Below are positions 24,169 to 35,463 of a stretch of DNA of 64,000 bases, one piece after another. Every line of letters starts with the position of its first letter. Positions within the stretch are counted from its first letter, which is position 1. The notes beneath the pieces were generated by a model. It saw nothing but the letters and a program-made list of their open reading frames with translations, had not been told where the DNA came from and did not search any database. The DNA is from Nageia nagi (taxonomy: Eukaryota > Plantae > Pinophyta), in contig JBITNC010000001.1 of the NCBI GenBank assembly GCA_050084985.1, positions 155,372,001 through 155,436,000 of the forward strand, given 5' to 3'. A program made the position numbers and the translations under genes.

Positions 24169-24376
24169 GAATTTTGAACAAGACAATCGAGTATTGATGT
24201 GGGATAAGGCACACAAAGACAAAGGGAAACATGCTAAGTTTGATAAACTGTGGTTAGGGCCATTTCTCATTGAGGACCTTGCAGGCCAAAATTCTTTCAA
24301 GCTGAAGAAACTCACTAGTGAGGTATTGCCATTGCCTGTTAATGGTAAACACCTCAAGCATTATTTCCAAGCTTGA
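24169..24376 (+). pseudogene. pol: Integrase C-terminus (GPY/F region) of the same pol
   Basis: VLMWDK...GKHAKFDKLWLGPF...VNGKHLKHYFQA-stop. Confidence 0.9.
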
Positions 24377-24682
24377 AAAGGCCTTTTGCATTACCTTGTA
24401 CATAGTCGTCGTGTCTGCATTTTGTCTGCATTATGACTATTGCATTGTGTTGTTATCTTTCGGTGTTTGTTCCTATGTTAGTTTTCATTGTTGTTTTGTT
24501 TTTTTTAGCTATTGTTTTGCCTGCACAACACCCCCCAAAATTTTGCATTTTGAGGAACCTTACAAAATAGAACATAAAGGCATGGAATAAATTTTGTTCA
24601 AGGAAATGCATGCATCTTACTCTAGCAAGAAGAAACATGGCAAAATTTGCATGAAACAAGTCAAAAATTGTCCTCCTACCTT

Positions 24683-26172
24683 AGGCGCATGCATTGAGGG
24701 ACATGCTTTTTGCACGTCCCCTAAAATGTGTTCCCTCCTTCATGCTGCATATTTCATGATGAGTCTTGCATTTTTGGTCTCAAAACAACATTTTCCATGT
24801 CTATCATGCTGCAAAAATTGCATTTACTCCATTGCATCTCTTTTGAGGGGTCATTCTAGTCGATTTTGAAAGAAAATATGCATTTTTCCCCTAGGTGCAG
24901 GCTTTGAGGGACATGCTTTGGGACCAAGGCCCATAGAAGTCCCCATACTTAGAAAATTTTTCAAGTTGTGAAGAAAAAGGAAAGAGTGCATGTTTTGAGG
25001 GACATGCTTTTGCATGCCCCCTAAACGGTGCACCTAGGCTAGAGAAGAGGCTTAGTCATTTTTTGAGCAAATTATAAAAGAACCCAAATGCATGTTTTGA
25101 GGGACATGCTTTTGCATGTTCCCTCAATGATGCGCCCAACTTCGAGGTGTGAAAATTGGCTAACTGTTGGACCCAAGCGCTGACAAGTGTGATCACATGC
25201 ATTCGACCTTCATTTGCAATCATATAGTGACACTTGTCCAGCCACAGGAAGGCCTATAAAAGGAAAGTCAGCCTCAGTATTCAGTTTGGATGGTCAAATT
25301 TGGAACCTTTTGCGAAGCTTAGTCACGAAAGCACGTCCCCCAAATCGTGTTCCCTATTCTGTAGTGCATTTTTCAAGGTCATTTTCCATTACTTTAAGAA
25401 TTCATTGCATCGGGAGGTGTGCCATAGCCTAGGCGCATGGTTTCTGGTGTGTGTTTAGGCACTCACCTAAATGGGTGCACCCATTCCAAGACGTCTTGGT
25501 CCAGAAGAAATTTTGACTAAGTATAGAATTCAACTAGGTGAAGGCCAAGCGCATGCTTTCAGGTGCATGCTTTTGCACCCATCTCAAAAGGTGCGACCAA
25601 GATACAAAGCTTTCAAGTATAATGGGAATTGACAAAGGCCTTTTGTCCATCAAGGTTGATAGGTGCATGTATCCCAGGACATGCTTTTCCACTCATCCAA
25701 AACTATGCGCCCATCATCCTGGTTCCACCATTCAACCTTACTATTAACCAACCAAAGGGTGACATGTGGCAAGTGTGAAGACTATAATTATCAAGTCACC
25801 CCTAAATCATTTCACCACTCCATTGTAGCTTTCATTGAGCGCTCCAGTCACATCATTTCAAGGACATGCTTGAGCACTCATCAAAATCGATGCGCCAAGG
25901 AGGAATAAGGGATCAAGAACGTGCCTATGCTACTAGTTTGCCATTTTTGGCTAAGGCATTTCATTTTTCTCTTCAATTGAACATGAAAATTTGAGGCGCA
26001 TGTTTTGCAGCACATGCTTAACCACAAATCCAAATCTATGTGCCCCTATGTGAAGTGATGAATTGACCTTCCCAAGTGGAAATTGTGGCTCTGAAATTGA
26101 CTAAGTGACCCAAGGGCCCAGTCGCATGTTTTTCAAGCAATGAAAAAGCACACATCCAAATCCATGCACCCT
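24683..26172. repeat. Family-B array of ~50-bp inverted-repeat units GGCGCATGTTTTGAGGGACATGC-TTTT-GCATGTCCC...GCGCC
   Basis: About 10 units, decaying toward the ORF; equivalents at 1020-1860(-), 45510-45620 and 54420-55010. Confidence 0.85.
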
Positions 26173-26450
26173 AGGATCAAAGACCAAAATTGTTTAAGTG
26201 TGAGAAGCAAGGAGTTGAAAAGTCAAGAAGACAAGTGGCAGATCTGCATCATGCCATGCACGAACCCTCCATGCAATAAAAGAGGGCATCCCTAGTCCAT
26301 TTATGTAGAACGTTTTGTAGTCCAAACCTACACATCTAGTCATTCTTCTATTGCACCCTCTGATGCATCTAGCTTGGTACTTAGTCATTTTTGGGGTGTT
26401 CTCAGCCATTTTTTGGTCCTTTTTTGCACTTTTTTTTTTAGAATTCAAAG

Positions 26451-29400
26451 ATGACTTCTAAAGTAGGGCAACCCCATCAAAGGCCAAAAAAACCCAAGGG
26501 CAACTTTTTGAAAAGCATGTCACCAAAGACCAGATGAAAGGCTCTTGAGGGAGAGCCAGATAGAATTTCAAAAAGAGAGAAACCAGAGCTACCTGAAGCC
26601 AAATTCAAGGGGAGATACATCTTCGTTGGAGACATAGACTAGGGAAATGTTGACCCATCTATACCATAGCCTCCATTGCCTCCATCAACAAGGAGGATTT
26701 ATCAGATGAACTTATCCATTCTTGTGGATTGTTCAACGCCACCATGATGCCTTTTGCGGTTCAATTTCTTGACTTGTGCTACAAGGTAGCCAAGCGATGC
26801 AGATATGATAAGAGAGTTCTCTTGGACACTAAAGGAAATGTAATTATGGATTTCTCTCCTAATGGGATTGAAGCAGCCTTTGGCTAGAAAAGATATGGAG
26901 ATGACTACACAATAGTCAATTCAAAGGAGTTCCATGATTCCATTACCCAACCTGGAGATTACACTAGAACATGGCTGCATGAGGATTACCAGAGCATCCA
27001 GGGCCAAAGATTGGTTTGCGCCTATAGGGAGGAATTCCTTCCTAGAGTGGCTAAGTTGATCACTTTATTGTCCAAGGTCACAAGTCAGGAGGACGATTCC
27101 AAGTATAGGAAGGAGGTCACTGGGTTTATTGCAATGATTAGCTCAGGTAGAGCTATCAGATGGAGCAAGGTTATCAGTCTTGCACCACCAGTTGGCTTAC
27201 TTTGGCTCTTCCAAGAGATTCTATATGAACTCCTATCTTTTGTACCTATTGTTGCCCGGCAAGCTCAAATCAAGACAGCTTGCGGATGAAAGGTATTTGG
27301 GTCAAAAAGGCATTCCTGTGTGGTGGGTTTACCCGAAGTGGTGGTATCACAACAAATTTCAGCATTTCTATGAGATGAATGATTGGTGGGAGTATTCCAT
27401 CTACAAAGACATCAAAAGGGAATCGATGGTCAAGATGATTTCAAATTCAGCCATTCAAGCCATCAGTGTACATGTAGATTTCTACCTACAGTATGTTGAT
27501 CATACACATATCAAAGTTTATGGCACCGAAGAGCAACCCCTGCTCCTGCCCAGATATGCCAGTGACAGACTCATTCTCATGGAATTTGCTAGATAGTTAT
27601 TGTTTTTGAAGGAATGAGTATAGAGAAAGAAGGACGCAACCATTAACTTGCCTATCTCAATTACAAGTTATGTTTGCCAGACATGGGTTGAGGCCAACAA
27701 TATGAAGGAGCTGCAGTAGTACGTCTTCTTCAAGGAGATGGCAGCTAGGAATTATGATCCCAAAGGTGTGATTGCTCATTTCTACAACACCGCATTCCAC
27801 AAACCGATCGCTTATCAGCATAAATCTTTAGGGAATGCAGAGAAGTACTGAAATGTGCAGGATGAGGAAGAGATAGCAAGGATAGATGCTCTTTTGAGCA
27901 GAAATAAGGCTCCCCTTCAGGTAGAAAAAACACCTCAAAGACCCAGAATTGTGAAGGCAAGATCCAAAGAGGTCCCACTAAGGATCAAAATGTCTCCTCC
28001 TTCTGCAAGTGTTGCGCCTTCACAGGGTAAGACACCCTTGCTTCCCATCGGGAAAAGGCAAGGAACTTCAAGGGAGCACACCTCAAGACCTAGCAAACGC
28101 AGTGTGTGGTGATGGTTGACCTGAGAGATGTTGGCTATCGCACTGTCCCCTTGGATATGTTGGAGGAAGCTTGTGTCGATGATTTACCCACCAAAGAAGT
28201 CCCTTCTAGACCCACTTGTCCTTCTGGATGTAGGGAGAAAGTTCCCCCATTGCAACCAAGTTCCAGTTCTTCTAAGCATTCCACTTCTTTCGATGAAGAA
28301 AATGATGAAGAACCCAACCATACAATAGAAGACTCCGATGAAGAGACAAAGAGCCAGGAAGGTGATGAGGAGAGCCGCAGTGAAGAAGAAGATGATAATG
28401 ATAATACAGATGATGTTGATAACAAAGAGTACCCTAGCCAAGACAACGTAGTTGTAGGTGCTTCTGTACCTGATGAGACGGAGATTGAGATGCTCCCAGA
28501 TGACGATGAGATTGTACACGTTGGGACCTATGATGATGAGGTCCAAATCATCAGATTGAAGTGTACCAAAAGGTGGGTGCCTCCAAGCCCTCTCTTGCCG
28601 AACATAGAAAGAGGTCACCCTCGTCTTCCCAGAAGACCTCTATGAAGAGGACCAGCCATGAGAGATCCCCTCAACCATGGAACAAAGGCATATCAATCGG
28701 TGGCAATGGCGGAGATGAAGAATACAAAGGGGAGACTAAAGAACAGAAGAAGAAGAGAAAGTAGGATGAACACCAAGGTAAGGAGATTGCCCTTGTCCAG
28801 ACCACTTCGACGAAGGAAGTCAAGAAGGTTAGTAGAGGCCGATTGCTAGTACAGAGGTTCCCTCCCCAGCCAGCAACTGTACATTCGAACTTTGATCTAG
28901 ATGCCTGCCTTAGAGCCCTCAGCATGAGTACGGCTCATGATGAAGAGATAGATCAGGACTTGAGATCTGAGGATGAAGAAGAGGAGCTCTCTCATGGTGA
29001 GAAAGTTAGAAGAATTGATACATTTGTCTCCACCACCCGGAAAGAGATCTCCATCAATCACTGCTATTCAAAGGATAGACATCCTCAAAGGCCCAAGGAT
29101 TGCATGATTGAGACGTTCAAGATGCTCGTGAAGTTGAGATTGACAGCCCGCAAGCACATTGTGACCCAAAATGTTGCAGTCATGGAACAGGAAGGCTATG
29201 AAGCCAAAAAGGATATGAAAAGGTTGAAAAAGGAACTCACAACCAGCAGGAAAATCATTAAGGAGTTCCAGACCATTAGCACCACCCCTATCAATCTAAA
29301 GAAGCAAGCCTCCTTCCATGAAGGATGGGAGCTGATGAAGGACTAGCTCAAGAAGGAGATGATGGAAACTATTGAGAAGTTGTCTTCTCAAATATATAGC

Positions 29401-29997
29401 CTTCTCGAGGAAGGAGTCGAAATCCGAGAACTCAAGTCCCAAATCCTAGCACACCTCAAGAAGCTGGATGGTTACCTCCCTAACGTCACCCATCTGCAGC
29501 AGGTTTTCGTTGACAAACCCGAAAAGTTGGTCTACTGCCACGTGTTTATGTATCAACACGATTGGCTAAAACATGCACTTGAGAAGTGCAACGCCGTTTT
29601 GAAGGTGAGAATCCCCTTGAGAAAGGAAGTTGAGGAGCAAATGAGCAGATATGTATACCATCTCAGATTCCAGAGGGATGATAACAGCATACCGAGAAAT
29701 GAGGCAGCATTGGCAGAGGCCCAAAATTTGATCCAAGAGCATCTAGACGTCAAGGATGTCAATTTGTTAAAGGCAGGGCATCCCATCGTCCATGAAAGAC
29801 AAATGGTCATTTGGAGATATCAGATGCAGGCTATGTCCAAGCAGATTGGGGACTATTTTGGGCAAAACAGCAGCATCGTTGGTATGATCTCTAGGGGAAT
29901 GCGGAAAACCACGACGTTCTTGGAGGAGATCATTGAGTCGTATGGTCTTACCAGCGAGGAGTGGAACTCCACCGATACCAGATCAGATCTGGCCTAG
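26451..29997 (+). pseudogene. LTR-borne accessory gene, family B (~1,180 codons)
   Basis: MTSKV...VGD.D...MDFSP...FYMNSYL.YLLL...YPKWW...WEYSIYKDI...LPRYASDRLILMEFAR; D/E-rich middle; coiled-coil C-terminus; stops and frameshifts. Confidence 0.85.
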
Positions 29998-30848
29998 GTC
30001 TGATCCACTCACAAATTCTGTCTGCAATAATCTTTCTTTTGTTTAATGCATATTTAATGGTGGTGGTTTTTGTTACACTCGGACTTTATTTGCCTTAATT
30101 GGTGTAGGAATGAGGTTTTGCTCCTGCTAGATCAGATATGTCAAACTCATTAATGATTCTGACCGATGCAGGGATGAAGTTTTGCTCCCACCGGTTCAGA
30201 ATCTAAACATTTATTGCATATTTGATTTTATTTTGCATAGGTTAATGATAGATTAAATGCATTTTGGTTGTGGCATTTATATTTGTCAGCTTTTAAGTGC
30301 CACTTGCATCGTTTTCTATAAACAATCTAATCTTGTATCGGTATGAGTGTTGCGTATGTGCATGCCATATCAGATTTGATGCCTTTAGGGTAACACTTCT
30401 AGTGGCCTATTTATACCCCATTAAGGCCATTTAGAAGGGGATTTTGCATAATGTTGATTGCATGAGACTATTGCATCTGCTAAAACTAAGGATTTTTGGC
30501 ATATGATTGCATGTACGAGATTTTCTGCATATTGTTGAATTGCATAAGGATTTGCTACATAAGGGATTCTTTGCATATCATGGATACATATTGTTGTATC
30601 TCTGTTTCATTTTGAATATCATATGGAGACTATTGCAATCAAGAAAGGAATGCCTCTATTCATGCTATGGAATATAATTGTGAGTTTATTTCTTTCTGGA
30701 ATATTGCTGCAAAGTTAATACTATGAAGATTATCATTTGTGGGACCATGCATATTGCTTTGGTGTTTGAATAGTTTTCCTCTTAAAAGTGCATATTGAAT
30801 ATTTGTTGAAGTAGTTTAAGTTGTTCATTGCATGGTTTGCATGCAAGT

Positions 30849-32023
30849 AAATTGGAGGTAGCCGATTTCTTCTACCATACCTGCTCGTGTAGAAAGGCCA
30901 ATTGCCTCATCATCTCCATTAATAGCATCCTGTTACTCACGAACCTTGGCAATTGATAAGGCTGGACAGCTGATCCATGTATACGAATATAGGAATAGTG
31001 TTGGTGATGGAGGAAGAAATCCCCATGCTTCTTCAAAGCATCTTGGGCTGAATCGGAGATCCTAGCAACCATGACCTCTCCCTTAAGTTCTTTGTATATT
31101 TCATACTCCCATCCATCATTTTTCATTACAAAACTATCCCATCTCCTTTCCAACTTCCATTTGGGGTAGCACTTCCAAATGGGGTATGTCCCCTTTTCTA
31201 TCCAAGCCGTCTCACCCTGAGCTATAGCTCTATACTTGTCATGAAGCCACATGTACACAAGATATGAATTGAGATAGAATTTACGAGTGGTACCTAAGGA
31301 CAACAACTAATCAGCTATGGAGTCACTCAACACCTTGCTCCACCTAATCCTTCTCCCTCTGGCGATCTCTAGGATGAACCCAAAGAACTCTTTCCTAAAC
31401 TTTGAGGCAGCTTCCTTCCAAAGGATTCTGGACAACAAAAGAATCATCAATTCCACTGCAGGATAGAAGTTGGAGCGAGGAGCATTGATAAGTGCATTTC
31501 CCTTCAATCCGTGATGCTCCTCCAACATCCAGCTCTTGATAGCTATGGTTGCCCTGGGGGTCTCCTAGTAACAAGCTAATGATCTAGCCTCGCTATACTC
31601 GACTTCTCCTTCATAGGTCTACTGAAATGTCGATTTGATGGCGTCCACGCTGAAGTCCATTATGATGTCTCCTTTGATACCTCGAAGGACTCTCTCCTCT
31701 TTTTGCCAATGATGGCCAACCTCCATACACACTTCAGGAAATGGAGTTGTGAATGGGACTAATGTGCAAGTGGAGAGTCTGGAGAAGAAGACGATATCCT
31801 GCTTCAAGTCAATGATAGGAAGACCATGAGTGCTCTCCCTCATCTATGTAGGGTCAATGTTTTGCCAATCAGTATCTCCAATGGTTGAAAAACTGTTTCT
31901 CGAGAATTTAGCCCCTTGGAGAAGGGCTTGTTGTCTCTCACGAATGGAGATGACACAATCCTGTTTCAACCGCTCGAGATCCCTAGCGAAGTTCGAAGCC
32001 AAATTACCCTTAGAAGAAGTCAT
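30849..32023 (-). pseudogene. N-terminal ~390 codons of the family A accessory gene
   Basis: MTSSKGNLASNFARDLERLK...IGDTDW...KFYLNSYLVY...LPRFVSNRMLLMEMMRQL; in-frame stops only. Confidence 0.85.
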
Positions 32024-33657
32024 AATGTTCTCATTGGCAATGTGGCTCCTCAAGAGTGTTGCGTGGGTTTCCAGGTGAAGATGACACCCACGTTGGAGGG
32101 TCTTGCCTCCCAAGTGCTTGCGCAAGCCTTAAGGTGGATAAATGATTATGTTTGAGCACAAAAATATTTGCTACTATCTTGGCGCAAGAGTAGAAGAGGA
32201 GCAAATTTTGAGTTTAAAAAAATGAGGTCCTCAAGCTTGTATATATAGCCCATTTGGCTTCCAATTTGCCCTAGTCAACTAGGGTAACTGACATAACTCA
32301 TCATAACCCTCCACCTAGCCGACCTCGAGATGTGTGTCGCCCAAAACTCATACAAAGTTGCCTATGCCCAAATGTTTGGGTTTTAATGCTCAACCTGGCT
32401 TGGCGCATGGAAAAAAAAAGACAAAAAAGTGACTTTTCGAACCATGCGCCAGCCCTGGGAGCTTGCATGCTTCCAACGTTGGGTGTCCTACCTTCATGTT
32501 TGCTTGCCTTGATCGCCTAACTCACCCGATGACCTGATTTTTCCTTAATCCTGGTCTTCTAGTCTATTGGACTTGTCAATTTTGGCGTTTCATCTCAATC
32601 CGAACAACCTGTGGGCTTGGCGCATGCTTCCAAAAGTCAAGTTTGTGACTTTTTGAGGCATGAGCCAGTCTTGCCTATCCATCCAGCCTGGTCGCATAGT
32701 TTTTGTCTTTTTGAAGCATGCGCCAGCCTCTAGTTGGCCTATTTTTCGAAATCTAACTTTCAAGTGCTCATGCCTTAACCAAATTTTCATATATCTCGAA
32801 TCTTTGAGGTTCCCCAGGCTTGGCGCATGTCTCAAAAAGTCAAGATTTTGTCTTTTGAGACCATGCGCAAGCCCCTCTGGGTATACTTGAGTTAATTTTG
32901 AGTTTTCCGAGTCCAAAACTTGTCAAATTTTCACCTTTGCTCAAACTGACAGCCTTCCTAGGCTTGGCGCATGGTTCAAAAAGACATGATTTTGTCTTTT
33001 TGAAGCATGCACCAACCTCTTGGGTGGCTCATGTTCATTTTCCAACCCCCGAACTTGCTCAATTTGCCTTTTTGACCAAATTGCATGATTCAAAAAGACA
33101 AGATTTTGTCTTTTCAAACCATGCGCCAGCCCTATAGTGCCTTTGACTTAGATTTTTCATGTTCACTTTTGCTCCATTCCGCTCCCTATGTTTGGCGCAT
33201 GCCCAGGAAAGACAAGATTTTGTCTCTAGGAGGCATGCACTAGGCTTGCAAGTGCCCAAATTCCGTCTTTGACCCTTTCCTTCTGTTTAGACGACCCCCA
33301 AGCCCAATCGCATGGTTCACAAAGACAAGTTTTTGTCTTTTGAAACCACACACCAACCCTTGGAGAGGCCCAATTTGCTTTGATCAGGCTACGACTCTTC
33401 CTAAACTCCCTAGTTCACCTAAGATCATCTTAAATCCTTCCTAGACTTAGCCATTTTTAGAGATTTTGAAATTCCTATCTTGACATGACTAACCCTAGAC
33501 GAAGGAAGAGGCTTGAACTGTAAGGAGTTGTCCATGAATCTGGGTCTTTGAGATGCAACTTGGGTGGGATTGATGATGAGAAAACAAAGTATATACATTG
33601 ACGCATTGAGGGTCCCCAAAATCGCAGGATTTTGGGGGATGTGTTTTAGTCACAACA
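30849..33657 (-). mobile_element. Giant LTR family A, copy A2 (5' part only)
   Basis: Minus-strand start TGTTGTGACTAAAAC; 8 palindromes at 32400-33360; colinear with A1. Confidence 0.85.
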
Positions 33658-33907
33658 ACTTCCACCCAAAACAATTGTTCAGCTTCTGCAATTGAACCAT
33701 TTTTATTGCTTCAACTTCTGTCGGAGATTTGTAGACGTTGATGTCACATTCTTTGTCCAAAACTTCCGAAAATTCGAAAGATCAAAAATTCTTTGGAAGT
33801 CGAAAGTTAAGAATTCTTGGAAAGCCAGAATCAGCCTGCTAACATTATTGCGTAAGTTCTGAAATCCGAAAAAGTTTTCTAAATGAAATTCTAAGAACTA
33901 ATTAAAG

Positions 33908-34708
33908 CAACATTATCAAGGGACGCGTTCTCCCCCTTTTTTCCCGTTTCTCCATCCCCCACGTCCTTGAAACTTGGGGACACCTCAAGGGACATTTCCC
34001 CGCCTTCCCCTTTTTAGGGTGAACAGAGGGGACGTCCTCAAGACAATTTCTTCTTAGGCCTTGTGGACATTTCGTTTTAAATGTTTGAAAAGGGGTCGGA
34101 TGGGGGGCAGCTCCCTCTTGGACACTACAAACAAAAAAAATATCAACTTTTTTTTAAATTTTTTTCATAAACCTTAGGGTGGTGGGTCCCACAAGGGTCT
34201 CCACCCCTCCAACCCTAAAAACATGCCTTTATATTCACATTGCAATCATTTTATCATTTGCACTTAAATGTCATTTTTAACTTATTTGACATATTCATGT
34301 CAAAGACTATGTTTTTGGGCCTTAGCATATTCAAACTTAATGGCATTATGATTATTAGACTATATTTATAGCTTATTATGATTTATCATTTATGATACAG
34401 ATTTCTGATTTTCATTTTATAATCATGTTACATGTTACTTGTTAGTATGGTAGTAGATACAGATTTTAATTTTCAAAGTATGTTACATATTTAAATTGGT
34501 CCATGGATGAATCATGAATGCTAATGATGAATGAAACATTGAAACTATATCTAATATCTACTTTTCTTAAATTTGCAAATTCTGAGGATTTTTTAGTATA
34601 TATATACTTGCTGTACCCCTCGCGTTTCCTAAAATCGGGTCGCCGTCCCCTACCATACCTAGGGACTCGTCCCCTCATTTCCCCGTCCCCAAGTCCGTGA
34701 CAGCCTTG
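33908..34708. mobile_element. Non-autonomous hAT-like element (MITE), 801 bp
   Basis: 8-bp TSD AATTAAAG (33900-33907 and 34709-34716); imperfect CAA...TTG TIRs; subterminal CGTCCCC/GGGGAC repeats. Confidence 0.75.
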
Positions 34709-35080
34709 AATTAAAGCTTAAGCCCAAAAAGATCTGCTTTTATCATCTTGTATTATTTTCTTCCAGATATAATATTTAGTTATATGTGAAATTTATCTTG
34801 TCAAAGCTTCTCGTGAACTATATATGTAACAGATTAAACTTATAATGGCTTGCTTTGTGTTAAACTTGGACTACAGTCATACCCTATAATTGCATTCCAA
34901 GATGCCCTTCCTAGATGAAATGCATGTTTAACGACATCCATTTTAAATTTAGTTTTTATGTTTGAGGACTCTTTTTGGTTAATCTTGAAAATGTTTCTCA
35001 TCTCAGCAGGCATATTGAACTAACTTAAACAAAAAAGCATTCCAAGATAGAATTACAAAGAAAGAACTCATGCTGCTAAC

Positions 35081-35185
35081 CTGGTAATCCAGACTCAGCT
35101 TCCCATGCACTGCTAGTGCACATCGTGTAACAAGTTCCTCAGCCAGATTCATCATTGTCTGATAATCAGTGTATGCCTCGTATAC
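35081..35185 (-). CDS. OVA5: LysRS exon VYEAYTDYQTMMNLAEELVTRCALAVHGKLSLDYQ
   Basis: Y.AY.DY..MM motif; ctgtag and gttagc splice sites; 105 bp; 161-bp intron to previous exon. Confidence 0.95.
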
Positions 35186-35316
35186 CTACAGTTTGCAAAT
35201 GAAACAAATAGAATTTCATCAAGTCCTAAAATGAAAAAAATACTACTTTCACTTTTGTCAATCTACAAACCATAAATAATTTCAAAAAATATGATAAATA
35301 AAAAGCATTGATGCTA

Positions 35317-35463
<147 letters not shown>

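Larger units (their letters stand above)
24513..30848 (+). mobile_element. 3' LTR of the pol element = giant ORF-bearing LTR, family B (copy B1), 3'-truncated
   Basis: Begins TGTTTTGCCTGCACAACA 136 bp after the pol stop; palindrome array, ORF 26451-29997, second TATA 30408; cut off by copy A2. Confidence 0.8.
4435..35080 (-). other. 30,646-bp GT-AG intron filled with nested retroelements
   Basis: Defined by two consecutive in-frame LysRS exons. Confidence 0.9.

Noticed and set aside
26451-29997. Accessory ORF as env-like protein, transposase or captured host gene
   Set aside because: No signal peptide, transmembrane segment or DDE motif seen; no coding introns; always in the same position within the mobile unit
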